From an uncultured Cardiobacterium sp. (lineage in GTDB: Bacteria > Pseudomonadota > Gammaproteobacteria > Cardiobacteriales > Cardiobacteriaceae): DNA of 48,350 nucleotides. Positions 36,240-46,431 of the stretch are shown in pieces (position 1 is the first letter of the stretch; each line of letters opens with the position of its first letter). The notes beneath the pieces were generated by a model that was not told where the DNA came from, did not search any database, and worked only from the letters and a program-made list of their open reading frames with translations. The position numbers and the translations under genes are program-made. The DNA lies in contig CAURDG010000001.1 in NCBI GenBank assembly GCA_963523555.1, forward strand, positions 1 to 48,350. Reading direction: 5' to 3'.

Positions 36240-36539
36240 ATGACCTACACCATCGAAAGAACCGACATCTTCAACGACTGGCTGGACGCCCTTAAAGATG
36301 ACCGCGCACGGGCAAAAATCATCACCCGCCTGACACGCGCTCAAAATGGCAATCTTGGTGACCACAAAAGCGTTGGCGGTGGAATCAGTGAAATGCGGAT
36401 AAACGAAGGCAAGGGCTACCGCCTCTACTACACCATCCGGGACAGTGTACTGATCATCATGCTGGTGGGTGGGGACAAAAGCAGCCAACAAGCCGATATT
36501 CGTAAAGCCCGACAAATGCGCGAGGAAATGAAACCATGA
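36240..36539 (+). CDS. RelE/ParE-superfamily addiction-module toxin (HI1419-like)
   Basis: F.DWL..LKD..A...I..RL, GNLGDHKSVGGGISEMRI..G.GYRLYY, GGDKSSQ..DI. Confidence 0.9.
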   Translation: MTYTIERTDIFNDWLDALKDDRARAKIITRLTRAQNGNLGDHKSVGGGISEMRINEGKGYRLYYTIRDSVLIIMLVGGDKSSQQADIRKARQMREEMKP

Positions 36540-36817
36540 CCAAAACAGCCCCCTTTGACCCCGTTGATTACCTGCATAACGAGGCACAAATTACCGCTTA
36601 CTTGCAAGTAGCGGCGGAAGAAGCGGCAGAATACGGTGATAACAGCATCCTCACGGATGCCATCCGGATTGCCGCTCGAGCGCGCGGCATGGCCGACCTT
36701 GCCCGGGCTGCCGGATTACCGCAGGAAAGTCTGGACAAAACCCTGCAGGAAGCCGCAGCGCTCAGCAAAATCCTTGCCGCCCTTGGCGTGAAAATTGCCC
36801 TCAACCCCATCTCCTGA
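36536..36817 (+). CDS. Addiction-module antidote (HI1420-like), shortened HTH
   Basis: FDPVDYL...I.AYL, ARARGM..LAR.AGL..ESL. Confidence 0.85.
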   Translation: MTKTAPFDPVDYLHNEAQITAYLQVAAEEAAEYGDNSILTDAIRIAARARGMADLARAAGLPQESLDKTLQEAAALSKILAALGVKIALNPIS

Positions 36818-36877
36818 ATTCCGCCTCTTGCCCCAGCCCGCTTATGCGGGCTTTTTTAATGCCCAAAAGGAAGACTC

Positions 36878-39800
36878 ATGCCACAAAAACACACCGCCCT
36901 CACCAAGCAAAACCTGCAAATCTACCCGACCGAACGCCTTGACGACTCCGCCGACGGCGGCGGACTGATGGTGAAAGACCCGCTCACCGGACGCGAGAAC
37001 GAACTGTTTACGCCCATTTCCGACGTGGCGCGCACCGTCGGCGCACTTAACCTGCGCAGTGTCCACGGCGCGGTGCGGGTGCCGGAGAACATCCCGCTCG
37101 GCGGCGCACACATGATTATCTCGCGCCCGCCAAAAGCGGAGAACGTCAGCTATCTGCTCTACAAGGGGGTACGCTACGGCGAATTGCGCAAAGACATCAT
37201 CAAGCGCATCGAAGCCTATGCCGTTGCCACGATTGAATCGCGCATGACCCTGCTCTCGACGCAGTCGCTCGGCTCGCGCATTGTCCAGGCCTATCAGCGC
37301 CCCGGCGAGCCGCTGCCACTGATTGGTGATGTGTACTGTCTGCGTCAGGACAAGGCGGGCTATCCCGCCGTTGAGCAGTATGTACAGGTCATCCGCGTTA
37401 GCAGCGAAGACCGCACCTTTACCACCCCGGACGGCAAAGAATTCGTGAAAACGGTGGTGAAGATGGAAACCTCGACCGCACTCACTACCGACTTTATCGG
37501 GGTAGATTATCCGGAGCCGGGCAAGGCTACCCCGCCATGCAAAATCAGGGAAACCCACATTGCCGATGGGGCGCAGTATTACGGGGTCAAGCCGCTGACA
37601 GCGGACGCGAAAGCGCAGGCGCTCAAAATCCGCGTGCCGACCCTGATGGAAAAACTGGTGCCGACGGCGCAAGTGGAAACGGCGCTGACCGACCTTACTG
37701 CCGCCGGGCAGGCACAAATACTGGCGGCTTCCTCGGGCGGCAGCGTCATCTGCACTGCCAGCACACCGCTGGATGAAGGCAAAAACGTCCACCTGGGCAA
37801 CGCCATCCTGCCCGGCTCACTCCAGCTCACCGCAGGCGGCAGCACTGTCACCGACCGTGGCGGTACCTTGTACGCAGGCGATCAGGCCGTGGGCAGTATC
37901 GACTACCCGCGCGGTGTGCTCAGCTTTAGCCAATACCTCAGCGGCGGTAGCACCTGGCAGGCGACATTCCGCGCCGCTGCCGAATACATCCAGGTAGCCG
38001 ACAGCGCCAGCATCACCATCGTCAACAACAACCGGGGCTACAACTACGTGCAGACCATCAACCCCGCCCCGGCGCCGGGCAGCCTGCAAGTCTCCTACCG
38101 TGCGCAGGGGCGCTGGTACGATCTGCGCGACGACGGCAGCGGTGCCTTGCGTGGCGCGGGGGCAGCGCACGGCAGCGGCAGCCTCAACTATGGGACAGGC
38201 ACCGTCTCCATCACCTGCGGCGAATTGCCTGATGTCGGCAGTGAAATCCTCTACACCTGGGGAACAACGGCGACGGTAAACAACCGCAGTAGTGAGCGCC
38301 CGCAAGCGACAATGCTACTCAAAACCGAAGCAGGGGTTGCCCCTGGCAGCCTCAGACTGGCATGGACGGACAATGGCGCCAAAGCCGCGCAGGATGACGG
38401 CGCGGGTAACATCACGGGGGCCTGGCAGGGCACAATTGATTACCGCACGGGCGACATTCGCCTCAGCTCTTTCCCCGGCGGCGAACAGCGCCTTGACGTG
38501 CAGGCACAATACTCGGTGGGCGAGCCGCAAAACAAAGAATTCAAGGCACCGCTGCGCGACGGTCAGGGCATGGTCAGCCTCAATCTTGGGCAGACACAAA
38601 TCAAGCCGCGCAGCTTCCGCATGACCTGGAACCTCCTGATAGAAGACTACGACCGCAAAGTGCAGGAGGGCGAGGCATATCTGCGCCAGGCGGGACGCTA
38701 CGAAGGGCCGCTGGATACCCCTGTCCGTATGTCCGCCTGCCTGGTTGACCCCTACAAGACCGTGCATGACGACGGCGCAGGCAAAGTGGTGGACGACGAC
38801 GGCACGGAATATGGCACGATTGACTACACACGCGGCATCGTCAAATTCAAGCCGGACACCACCGTTAAAATCCCCAAACCCATCTACCGCAAGGAGCCGG
38901 TTGGCGAAAAAATCACCGGGCAGCACCTGCGCCCGACGGGCATCTTCAAGGGGGCGGACATCATGCAGACCGTCGTGCCCTTCTACCGCCTGCTCTTCGA
39001 CCATTACGAATACGTCCCCGCACTGGCCTCGGCACCGATAGATGACAGCTTTCTTGTGACGACCAGCTTTCGCGGACAGCAAAGCGAAGATGCACGGACA
39101 AAAACGCTCACCAGTGGTGTTCTTGCCATTGACCTGATGCCCACCTACAGCGAGCGCATTGTCCCCGGCAGTGTGCGCTTCACCCTTGGCGGTGAGACCT
39201 ATACCGACCGTAGCGGCAACCTCTATTACCGCATGAATACTGCTACCGGTGCTGCCACCAAAGCGGGCACCATCAACTACGAGACCGGCATCGCCACCGT
39301 GGAGCTGGCAGGCGGGACAAGCGTCGTCTTGCAATCGCTGGCGGGAACGGCAACAGGCAACCCTGTCGATTCTGCGGTGTGGCGGGTGCCGTCCGCCCCG
39401 GTACGACCGCAATCCATCGTCATCGCCTACACGCCTCTCGGCGGCAGCGTCAAAACCGTGCGCGCGGATGCAGGCGGCAAAATCGAAGGCGCAGGCATCG
39501 AAGGGTATATCGATTACGAAACGGGCGTGGTGCGCGTCCGCTTCGGCCAGCTGGTGGATGCTGCCGGGAATGAAGACAAATACTGGTACAACCCCAACGC
39601 GGTGGATAACGGCAAAATCTGGCAACCCATCCCGGTCTATGCCGACATCATGACCTACTCGGCAGTCAGCTACGCCTACCTGCCGCTGGACACCGCCGTC
39701 ATCGGTATTGATGCGGTGCGCCTGCCCCCTGACGGGCGAGTGCCCATCTTCCGGCGTGGCGACATGATTGTCATCGGTCACCGTCTGGAAGACGACCTCG

Positions 39801-40579
39801 GCAGCGCCCACACCGCCGGGCAGACCGTGCAACTCAGTCGTAACGATCTGGATGACATCTGCCTGCGCGACGCGAAAGGGGTGCCGATTGACGCCAAGTG
39901 GTACGACTATGACCTGCAAAGCGGGAAAATCACCTGGGCGAGCCCGCTTGACCTCTCTGCCTACACCCTGCCGATCAAGGCCGGACATTCGCGCGAAGAA
40001 GAAAACCGCATCACTGCCGTGGACATCGACGGCACGTTGACGCTGCAATTCCCCATCCGCCGCGACTACCCCAAAAACGAAACCCACATCAGCAGCGCGC
40101 TGATAGGGGGTGATTTGCAATGCCGTGTCTCGCCGCCGTTTTCACAGAAAAACTTTGACAATATCTGGGATGACGCCCCCCGGGGTGACACCATCGCAGC
40201 GAGGCTCAACAGCAAGGACTTTCCTTTCCGCCTCAGCGACGATGGCGCCGTCACCGACCGCTGGGCAATCGTCTTCAAGGACGGCAACCAGTTCGAGCTC
40301 TACAGCGAGGCGGTCGGCTTTGTCGGCAAGTTTGACACCCTCTCCGATTTAGCACCCATCAACCCCGCCACCGGCAAACCCTATTTCACCCTGCCGAAAG
40401 GGGCGTTTGGCATCACCAACGGCGCCTCGGCCTGGGCGGCTGGCAACGCTGTCCGCTTCAACACCTACGGTACCCACATGGGCGTCTGGGTCATTCGCGC
40501 CGTGCAACCATCCGCCAGGCGGCAGAACACCACGGACGGCTTTATGGTCTGTCTCAAAGGCAACACCACCGAGATTTAG
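36878..40579 (+). CDS. Large tail tip / baseplate-hub-like protein
   Basis: 1233 aa with repeated G.IDY.TG beta modules; position in tail operon. Confidence 0.7.
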   Translation: MPQKHTALTKQNLQIYPTERLDDSADGGGLMVKDPLTGRENELFTPISDVARTVGALNLRSVHGAVRVPENIPLGGAHMIISRPPKAENVSYLLYKGVRYGELRKDIIKRIEAYAVATIESRMTLLSTQSLGSRIVQAYQRPGEPLPLIGDVYCLRQDKAGYPAVEQYVQVIRVSSEDRTFTTPDGKEFVKTVVKMETSTALTTDFIGVDYPEPGKATPPCKIRETHIADGAQYYGVKPLTADAKAQALKIRVPTLMEKLVPTAQVETALTDLTAAGQAQILAASSGGSVICTASTPLDEGKNVHLGNAILPGSLQLTAGGSTVTDRGGTLYAGDQAVGSIDYPRGVLSFSQYLSGGSTWQATFRAAAEYIQVADSASITIVNNNRGYNYVQTINPAPAPGSLQVSYRAQGRWYDLRDDGSGALRGAGAAHGSGSLNYGTGTVSITCGELPDVGSEILYTWGTTATVNNRSSERPQATMLLKTEAGVAPGSLRLAWTDNGAKAAQDDGAGNITGAWQGTIDYRTGDIRLSSFPGGEQRLDVQAQYSVGEPQNKEFKAPLRDGQGMVSLNLGQTQIKPRSFRMTWNLLIEDYDRKVQEGEAYLRQAGRYEGPLDTPVRMSACLVDPYKTVHDDGAGKVVDDDGTEYGTIDYTRGIVKFKPDTTVKIPKPIYRKEPVGEKITGQHLRPTGIFKGADIMQTVVPFYRLLFDHYEYVPALASAPIDDSFLVTTSFRGQQSEDARTKTLTSGVLAIDLMPTYSERIVPGSVRFTLGGETYTDRSGNLYYRMNTATGAATKAGTINYETGIATVELAGGTSVVLQSLAGTATGNPVDSAVWRVPSAPVRPQSIVIAYTPLGGSVKTVRADAGGKIEGAGIEGYIDYETGVVRVRFGQLVDAAGNEDKYWYNPNAVDNGKIWQPIPVYADIMTYSAVSYAYLPLDTAVIGIDAVRLPPDGRVPIFRRGDMIVIGHRLEDDLGSAHTAGQTVQLSRNDLDDICLRDAKGVPIDAKWYDYDLQSGKITWASPLDLSAYTLPIKAGHSREEENRITAVDIDGTLTLQFPIRRDYPKNETHISSALIGGDLQCRVSPPFSQKNFDNIWDDAPRGDTIAARLNSKDFPFRLSDDGAVTDRWAIVFKDGNQFELYSEAVGFVGKFDTLSDLAPINPATGKPYFTLPKGAFGITNGASAWAAGNAVRFNTYGTHMGVWVIRAVQPSARRQNTTDGFMVCLKGNTTEI

Positions 40580-40587
40580 GAGGCAAC

Positions 40588-41439
40588 ATGTACGTCAACA
40601 ACATCGAAATGCCGGTCACGCTCTACCTCTCCAGCGACGACCAGGCGCCGGTACTCACCAACGCCAACCTCGGCGTTATCCTCAAAGCCTGCCTCGTCAC
40701 CGGCTACGGCGCGAAACACGGCGCAGGCTGGACCCTGCCCTACGAAGACGCCGCCAGCAACACCCGTGTCTTTGCCCCCAAACACGCGGGCGAACACGAC
40801 AGCTACCTGCGCATCAAGGACACAGGCAGCGGCAAGGCAGAAGTCCGGGCCTACCGCGAAATGACGGGCATAGACACCGGGGAAAAAATCCTCGACCTCG
40901 GGCTTCCCTACAAATACGCGGTGAGCAACCCGACCGGGCGCTGGGCGGTCATTGCCAGCGAACGCAGCGCCACCATCTGGGTGGAAAGCGGCTACGACAG
41001 CGCCGGGCGCAACGGCCAAATGCTGTTCTACGGCGACACCGCGAGCGCGCACGACGGCAGCCGTTGCCTGCTGCTCGCGCACAGCGGCGGCACATACAGC
41101 GATGGCTCGACCAGCAGCCTGTTCCACTACAACAACGCCAACACCAGCGTCAAAGCCAGGAGCTACCGCGACGGGGACGGCGCGGCAGAACAGGACTTCC
41201 TCAGTCTCTTTGGCCGCCCGCGCGAAACAGCGGGGCAGTACCTTGCCCCCGTCCTCATGCAGCGCGGTGGGCTGCTTTACCCCGTGCCAGGCATCCACAC
41301 TAGCACCCGCGCCGCCGATAACCTGACCGAAATCAGCGACGACGGCACCCCATACACCGTGCTGCACAGCTATGGCTGGTCAGACCTCCCGAAAAACTTC
41401 GCCCGCCTCATCATCCGCACCGACAAATGGCGGTACTGA
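40588..41439 (+). CDS. Tail fibre / receptor-binding-like protein
   Basis: S.D..AP.L...LKACLVTGYG.K..AGW N-terminus. Confidence 0.6.
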   Translation: MYVNNIEMPVTLYLSSDDQAPVLTNANLGVILKACLVTGYGAKHGAGWTLPYEDAASNTRVFAPKHAGEHDSYLRIKDTGSGKAEVRAYREMTGIDTGEKILDLGLPYKYAVSNPTGRWAVIASERSATIWVESGYDSAGRNGQMLFYGDTASAHDGSRCLLLAHSGGTYSDGSTSSLFHYNNANTSVKARSYRDGDGAAEQDFLSLFGRPRETAGQYLAPVLMQRGGLLYPVPGIHTSTRAADNLTEISDDGTPYTVLHSYGWSDLPKNFARLIIRTDKWRY

Positions 41440-41440
41440 C

Positions 41441-41758
41441 ATGCTGCTCGAACCGCACTACATCCCCGACCACCGGGGTTACCTCGCCGGTCAGGACGAC
41501 GGCATCGTGACCGTCGCCGGGCAAGGCGCCGTCGGCAACCTCTACGTCTTTGATGCGCGCACCATGCTGCTAGTACAGCGCTCCCGTTCGCTCGCGAGCG
41601 GTCATTACCTCGTGCCCTACCTTGACCCCACGCGGCGCTACGTCCTCATGGCGCGGCACCCGCAGGGGCACTACGAACCGGTCTGCTACGACCAGCTGCG
41701 CCCGGCCAATAACCTGACTATCGCCGAACAGCGCGAGGTATGGCGCGCATGGCAATAG
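41441..41758 (+). CDS. Small tail-associated protein
   Basis: G.VTVAG...SG.Y....LDP...Y...ARH. Confidence 0.55.
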   Translation: MLLEPHYIPDHRGYLAGQDDGIVTVAGQGAVGNLYVFDARTMLLVQRSRSLASGHYLVPYLDPTRRYVLMARHPQGHYEPVCYDQLRPANNLTIAEQREVWRAWQ

Positions 41759-43545
41759 ACGTCAGCAAACTGCCGATCAGCTTTGTCACCCGCACCGGCA
41801 AACAGGCATCGGACAAACTGCCGCTGCCCTTTACCCGCCGTGTGGGCGACGCCCCCGGTCCCAAGCCACAGCCAAAGTGGGTGAAAATCAGCGGCTGCGC
41901 TGCGGTGGCAACGGCGCCGACAGTAGATGTGACCACCTGCCTTGAACAGCACACCCGCGTCAGCCCCGTCGCCGCCTGCCTGCCCGCGAACCACTCGCCG
42001 ATGGTGGATGTGGTGCGCTGCATGATGTTTACCATCGCCGGATTACCGTCGCTCACCGCCTGCACCCAGGCCGCAACCACACCGACCTACCGCCTCGCCA
42101 CCTGCCTGCCCATCACCCTCAACGCCTACCCGCGCCTGGGCAACTGCGCTATCCCCTCAATCGGCACTGCGCCACCGCTGGCCAACTGCGCAAGCGCCAT
42201 GCAGCCGGGCAATCCCCTGCTCAAAGGCTGCAAGACACCGCGCATCACCATCGCCCCGCCGCTTGTCAACTGCAACCGCCAGCACGGCTGGGCGCCGCCA
42301 CTCATCAACTGCCACCACCTGCGCTACCAACGCGCCGTGCGTCCACCCTGCGAGTATTACCCCATCCCGCTACCGCCACCGCCGCCGGACGTCTCGCCCT
42401 GCCGGGTGCGACCGCCATCGCACCGCCTGCCGCTGCCGTTTACGCGGCGCCGCATCAATCGCGACCCCAGCCGCCTGCCACTGCCGCTGCGCTGCTGGCA
42501 CGACAGCGACACCACCGACCTGCCCACCCTGCCCGGATACATCATGCACAACAGAATCAGCGCCGAATATAACGGCCAGACCTTACAAATCCTCGCCCTT
42601 ACCCTCAAAGCCGACACCGACGGCTACTGCTGGCAGGGCGACCTCACCCTCGCCCCCGCCGACTTTGCCAAACTGCAAATGGACACGCGCAAGGCGGGCG
42701 ACGAGGCCGTCATCACCCTGCGCATCAACCACCAGCGCTGGGACATCCTCGCCGAAGACTACCGTGACACGCGGCGCTTCATCGGCCACAGCTACACCAT
42801 CACGGGCAGATCTATCACCGCCAAACTGGGCGCGGACTACACACAAGGCCGCCACATCAAATACGAGCAGAGCCGCTACGCACGGCAAATCGCCGACGAA
42901 CAGTTGCAGCCGACGCCCTACACCATCGCGGGCTGGGACGCGGTGGACTGGCTGGTGTCGGGCGACAACTACACCGTGAGCGGACAAACGCCCATCGCCG
43001 TGGTGATGGACATCGCGCAGACCATCGGTGCCTTTGTCGAGAGCCATCCCTACGAGCCGCAACTCTTTGTGCGCCCGGTGTGGCAAAAAGCCGCATGGGA
43101 AAAACCGACACCAACGCTGACCATCCCGTCCAACCTGATCTTGAGCGTGTCGGGACAACGCCGCATCAGCGAGCGCTGCAACGGCGTGCGCGTGGTCGGC
43201 AAAGGCGCAACCGCCAAAGGCGCGCTGGTGTGGCGCGAGGGCACCGACCAAACCCCGGAAGCGGCGCTACGCGAACATGCGCTTTACACCGACGAAACCG
43301 CACACCGTGCCGCAGGCATCCATGCCCTGTCCGAAACCGGTACGCACAAAATCGAGACCGTCGCCCTGCCGTGGGCAGAAAAATACCAACTGCCGCTGGC
43401 GAGCCTCGGCGCAGTGTGGGCCTTTACCGAAGCGGGGAAAACATGGCAGGGTGTCATCAAAGGCGTGCAGGTGGACGTGACACTGGACAACAACGCGCCG
43501 GTGGTCACGCAAACCCTCACCATTGACCGCTACATGGGGGACTGA
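41749..43545 (+). CDS. Tail protein with Cys/Pro-rich N-terminal repeats
   Basis: Repeated PxLxxC units and LPLPFTRR duplicates; C-terminal hub-like domain. Confidence 0.6.
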   Translation: MAIDVSKLPISFVTRTGKQASDKLPLPFTRRVGDAPGPKPQPKWVKISGCAAVATAPTVDVTTCLEQHTRVSPVAACLPANHSPMVDVVRCMMFTIAGLPSLTACTQAATTPTYRLATCLPITLNAYPRLGNCAIPSIGTAPPLANCASAMQPGNPLLKGCKTPRITIAPPLVNCNRQHGWAPPLINCHHLRYQRAVRPPCEYYPIPLPPPPPDVSPCRVRPPSHRLPLPFTRRRINRDPSRLPLPLRCWHDSDTTDLPTLPGYIMHNRISAEYNGQTLQILALTLKADTDGYCWQGDLTLAPADFAKLQMDTRKAGDEAVITLRINHQRWDILAEDYRDTRRFIGHSYTITGRSITAKLGADYTQGRHIKYEQSRYARQIADEQLQPTPYTIAGWDAVDWLVSGDNYTVSGQTPIAVVMDIAQTIGAFVESHPYEPQLFVRPVWQKAAWEKPTPTLTIPSNLILSVSGQRRISERCNGVRVVGKGATAKGALVWREGTDQTPEAALREHALYTDETAHRAAGIHALSETGTHKIETVALPWAEKYQLPLASLGAVWAFTEAGKTWQGVIKGVQVDVTLDNNAPVVTQTLTIDRYMGD

Positions 43546-43546
43546 T

Positions 43547-43774
43547 ATGAACATCCGCCAGCAATTCGAGAGCCTGCTCAACCCCAAACGGCGCATGACC
43601 GCGAAAATCACCGGCGGCAAAGGCGCAAACGTGTGGGTAGCCGAAACCCCGACCGGCTCTGTGGTCGTCCTCACGGGACAAGGACAAATCGGCCAGCACG
43701 TGTACTACAACGCCTACACCCTGGAAATCGAAGGCGAAGCCCCGGCAGTGGCGTGGGCGGAAATCAAGGTGTAG
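43547..43774 (+). CDS. Small tail protein
   Basis: Last coupled ORF of the tail operon. Confidence 0.55.
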   Translation: MNIRQQFESLLNPKRRMTAKITGGKGANVWVAETPTGSVVVLTGQGQIGQHVYYNAYTLEIEGEAPAVAWAEIKV

Positions 43775-43782
43775 CGGTCGGC

Positions 43783-44040
43783 TTAGACCAATCCCCGCCA
43801 CTGCATGACCTGATCGGCCCACCACTCCATCATGCGTCGGCGAGGCTCAATCATGGAGGAGTGGTCGTAAACTGCTTCTATCTCACGCGGGATGTGGGAA
43901 AGCTGCTTTTCTATTAGCTTGTTCTCCCACAGCCCGCTCTCGTTCGCTCGGGTCGAGAAAACTTTTCTGGAGCCATGCACCGTCTGCTTTCCTGAGTAGC
44001 CCAAAGCACGCAGTATGAAATACGCCGCCTGCTGATTCAT
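43783..44040 (-). pseudogene. C-terminal remnant of a P4-like tyrosine integrase
   Basis: TVHGSRKVFST..NE...IEKQLSH...YD......RR.MMEWWAD; no N-terminus. Confidence 0.8.
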
Positions 44041-44417
44041 TGGCACGTCTTTATCGCGCGGCGAGCTGGTACAAAGCGGCGCCGGTCATCGGCGGCTTCG
44101 TCCAGGGCGCACCGACCGAAGACCGCGAACGCTACTACGCCTACCGCGACGCGGTGAAAGACGGCAGCGCCCGCTACATGAACGCGGCGATGCGCGGCAA
44201 AAACGAGACAAAATACGAAGATGACGTGTACTGGCAGGCACGCTTTGACGCCGTAGAAAAACAACTGCAACGACTGCGCAAACAGCGCAAACAACTGCGG
44301 CAAATGCTGACGGGCGACGAACGGCAGACCATGGAGCGGGAATACAACGACGCCATGCTTAACCTCCAGCGCGGCATGGTACAAGAATTTGAAACCCAAA
44401 CCGGGCGGCGGAAATAG
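44040..44417 (+). pseudogene. Probable C-terminal fragment of a larger helical protein
   Basis: No convincing start or SD; abuts the integrase remnant; charged coiled-coil end. Confidence 0.35.
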
Positions 44418-44425
44418 CCGCCGTT

Positions 44426-44446
44426 GTAGGGTGGGCTTGCCCCACC
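44426..44446 (+). repeat. GTAG-type REP-like palindrome
   Basis: GTAG-GGTGGG-CTTG-CCCCACC; single copy in window. Confidence 0.5.
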
Positions 44447-44534
44447 GCAGCCCCTGGACACGTCAATTTCGCAAGACAAGAAGAAAACGACAAGTGTTAC
44501 AATAAACAATATTACCGACTGTTTAGGGCGATGT

Positions 44535-45620
44535 GTGAAGAAACTTACCGATAAATACAAAAAAAGGCTTCTATGTGCAAACAAAAGAGAAATGGCAAAG
44601 CGGCAAAAACATGGTGCCAGATACGACAAAGAACAATCACGAACTATCCTCCTGCCATCCATAATGACCCTGCAAAAAGAAGAAGGGCACACTGCGCTAT
44701 GCAAGGCCATCAATAACATTAAACGGTGGGTAAAAAGTTGCGAAATACATCGGGTCATTCTTGACTTCTCCAAAGTTGACACCATAACGCCAGAAGGAAT
44801 GCTGCTGCTCTTCGCTGAACTAGATGTTATTAACCGCCTGCGCGGAAAAACCGTTTTTACCATCAAGCAGCCGTCGAACCGTCGTTGTGCGCAGGTACTC
44901 CGTAAAATCGGATTCTATGAACTGTTAGGCAAGAAGCAACCACAATATCCTGAAATTTCAGATGAAACCGTAGTGCATTGGGTGGTGTTACAAAACACTA
45001 ATACTAAGCCGGTGGGATGGGAAATATTAATGAAACAGACAGGAGATATTGGATTGTACACACCTGTTACGGAAGCCATTGATAACAGTATTTCGCATGG
45101 CTATTCTGGTTCGCGGGATGACTTTTTCTGTTGTAAAAAAGCCTTTGCAGAAGGGCAGAAATGGTGGATGTTTTCTCAACGTAAAGATGAAGAACTACAT
45201 ATCGCGCTAGCAGATTTGGGCATTGGCTTTTCCAAGTCATTAAAAGAACAAGACTTGTCAAAAAACAAGTCTGTAAAACATAAACTCATTGAAATATTTG
45301 GTAAAAAACCTTGGACGGATGACGAAGTACTTAAGGTCGTAGTGGACGCCGCCTTGGAAGGTGAACACACCGTTACCTCAACGGGGGCAGCGCATCGTGG
45401 TAAAGGGATAGCCCAGATATGTCATCTTGCACAAACAACATCACGTTCCAGGTTGTGGATTTGGAGCAACCGAGGCGGGTATTGCATCAAACGCGGACAG
45501 AGTATGCTACACTCTCGAACCCCTAAAAGAGGGGTTAAAGTAAAATTTCCTTTTTCAATCAATGGTACCATTCTCTACTGGAGTATCCCCACAGGGGTGA
45601 AGCATGAACGAAAGCATTAG
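44535..45620 (+). CDS. STAS-like domain plus GHKL ATPase/kinase
   Basis: VILDFSKVDTITPEG; EAIDNSISHGY, DLGIG, RGKG, GT boxes; upstream extended -10 TGTTACAAT at 44495. Confidence 0.8.
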   Translation: MKKLTDKYKKRLLCANKREMAKRQKHGARYDKEQSRTILLPSIMTLQKEEGHTALCKAINNIKRWVKSCEIHRVILDFSKVDTITPEGMLLLFAELDVINRLRGKTVFTIKQPSNRRCAQVLRKIGFYELLGKKQPQYPEISDETVVHWVVLQNTNTKPVGWEILMKQTGDIGLYTPVTEAIDNSISHGYSGSRDDFFCCKKAFAEGQKWWMFSQRKDEELHIALADLGIGFSKSLKEQDLSKNKSVKHKLIEIFGKKPWTDDEVLKVVVDAALEGEHTVTSTGAAHRGKGIAQICHLAQTTSRSRLWIWSNRGGYCIKRGQSMLHSRTPKRGVKVKFPFSINGTILYWSIPTGVKHERKH

Positions 45621-45942
45621 AACCTACGACATCGCCCGCGAGTACACCCCGTACCCGGCAGGCCGTTACAAAAAAAACGGACCTGGCAGCGGTGAGGGTT
45701 TCCGGGAAATCCTTAAAGAAGAACTGGATAAAAGCGACAAAATCCGCCTCGTGATGGATGGCACATACGGCTACGGTTCTTCCTTCCTGGAAGAAGCCTT
45801 TGGCGGACTGGTGCGAGAACACGTCCTGAGTGCCAACGAAATAGAAAAACGGCTGGAGTTTGACACCGCAGACGAACTGCTGCGCTCCGAAATCAAGGGA
45901 TACATCGCAGACGCCGCGAAAGTGGCAGCGCAGGACAAATAA
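45604..45942 (+). CDS. DUF4325 STAS-like protein
   Basis: GR....GP.SGE.FR ... DGT.GYGSSFLEEAFGGL. Confidence 0.85.
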   Translation: MNESIRTYDIAREYTPYPAGRYKKNGPGSGEGFREILKEELDKSDKIRLVMDGTYGYGSSFLEEAFGGLVREHVLSANEIEKRLEFDTADELLRSEIKGYIADAAKVAAQDK

Positions 45943-46412
45943 TGCGCGACCTGCTACCTTGGGCAGCACCGATACTGACAGTCATTGGTTGGGGCGTGGT
46001 TGCCGTAATCAACATACGCGGTTGGCGTAACGCGCGCATCGTGGCAGAACAGAATTTCACTCGCAGCCGGGAAAAAGACAACTACGAACATCTGCGCCAA
46101 AATCTCGCCGACATCAAGACTGCCGCCATAGATTATTACGGCAAGACCGGGAAAGACCATTACACCCTCATGGAACTTATTGACATGACGGCCATATTTG
46201 CCAAACATCACAACTACCTTGGCAACAGCACAACAGAATTCGCCCGGGCATGGCTGGAATTCAAAAAAGCTGTTACAGACCGGTTGGTTGATGAAGCAGA
46301 CCGCATCCATACCCGTAACTCCAAACTGATACAAAAAATAGACGCCAGCTACAAACAACTTTACACAGAACTACTTTCTGAATACCAAAAACGGATTGAA
46401 CAAATAAAATAA
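45942..46412 (+). CDS. Membrane-anchored helical protein
   Basis: TAATG-coupled; N-terminal TM ILTVIGWGVVAVI. Confidence 0.7.
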   Translation: MRDLLPWAAPILTVIGWGVVAVINIRGWRNARIVAEQNFTRSREKDNYEHLRQNLADIKTAAIDYYGKTGKDHYTLMELIDMTAIFAKHHNYLGNSTTEFARAWLEFKKAVTDRLVDEADRIHTRNSKLIQKIDASYKQLYTELLSEYQKRIEQIK

Positions 46413-46431
46413 AGAGCTGCCATATCACAAC

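Noticed and set aside
38315..40120. Long antisense ORFs (601 aa here; also 17950-19071, 31589-32536, 36842-37792)
   Set aside because: Shadow frames of GC-rich sense genes, with no motifs or RBS
36878..43774. Diversity-generating retroelement or invertible tail-fibre cassette
   Set aside because: No reverse transcriptase, template/variable repeat pair, invertase or inverted fibre fragments seen
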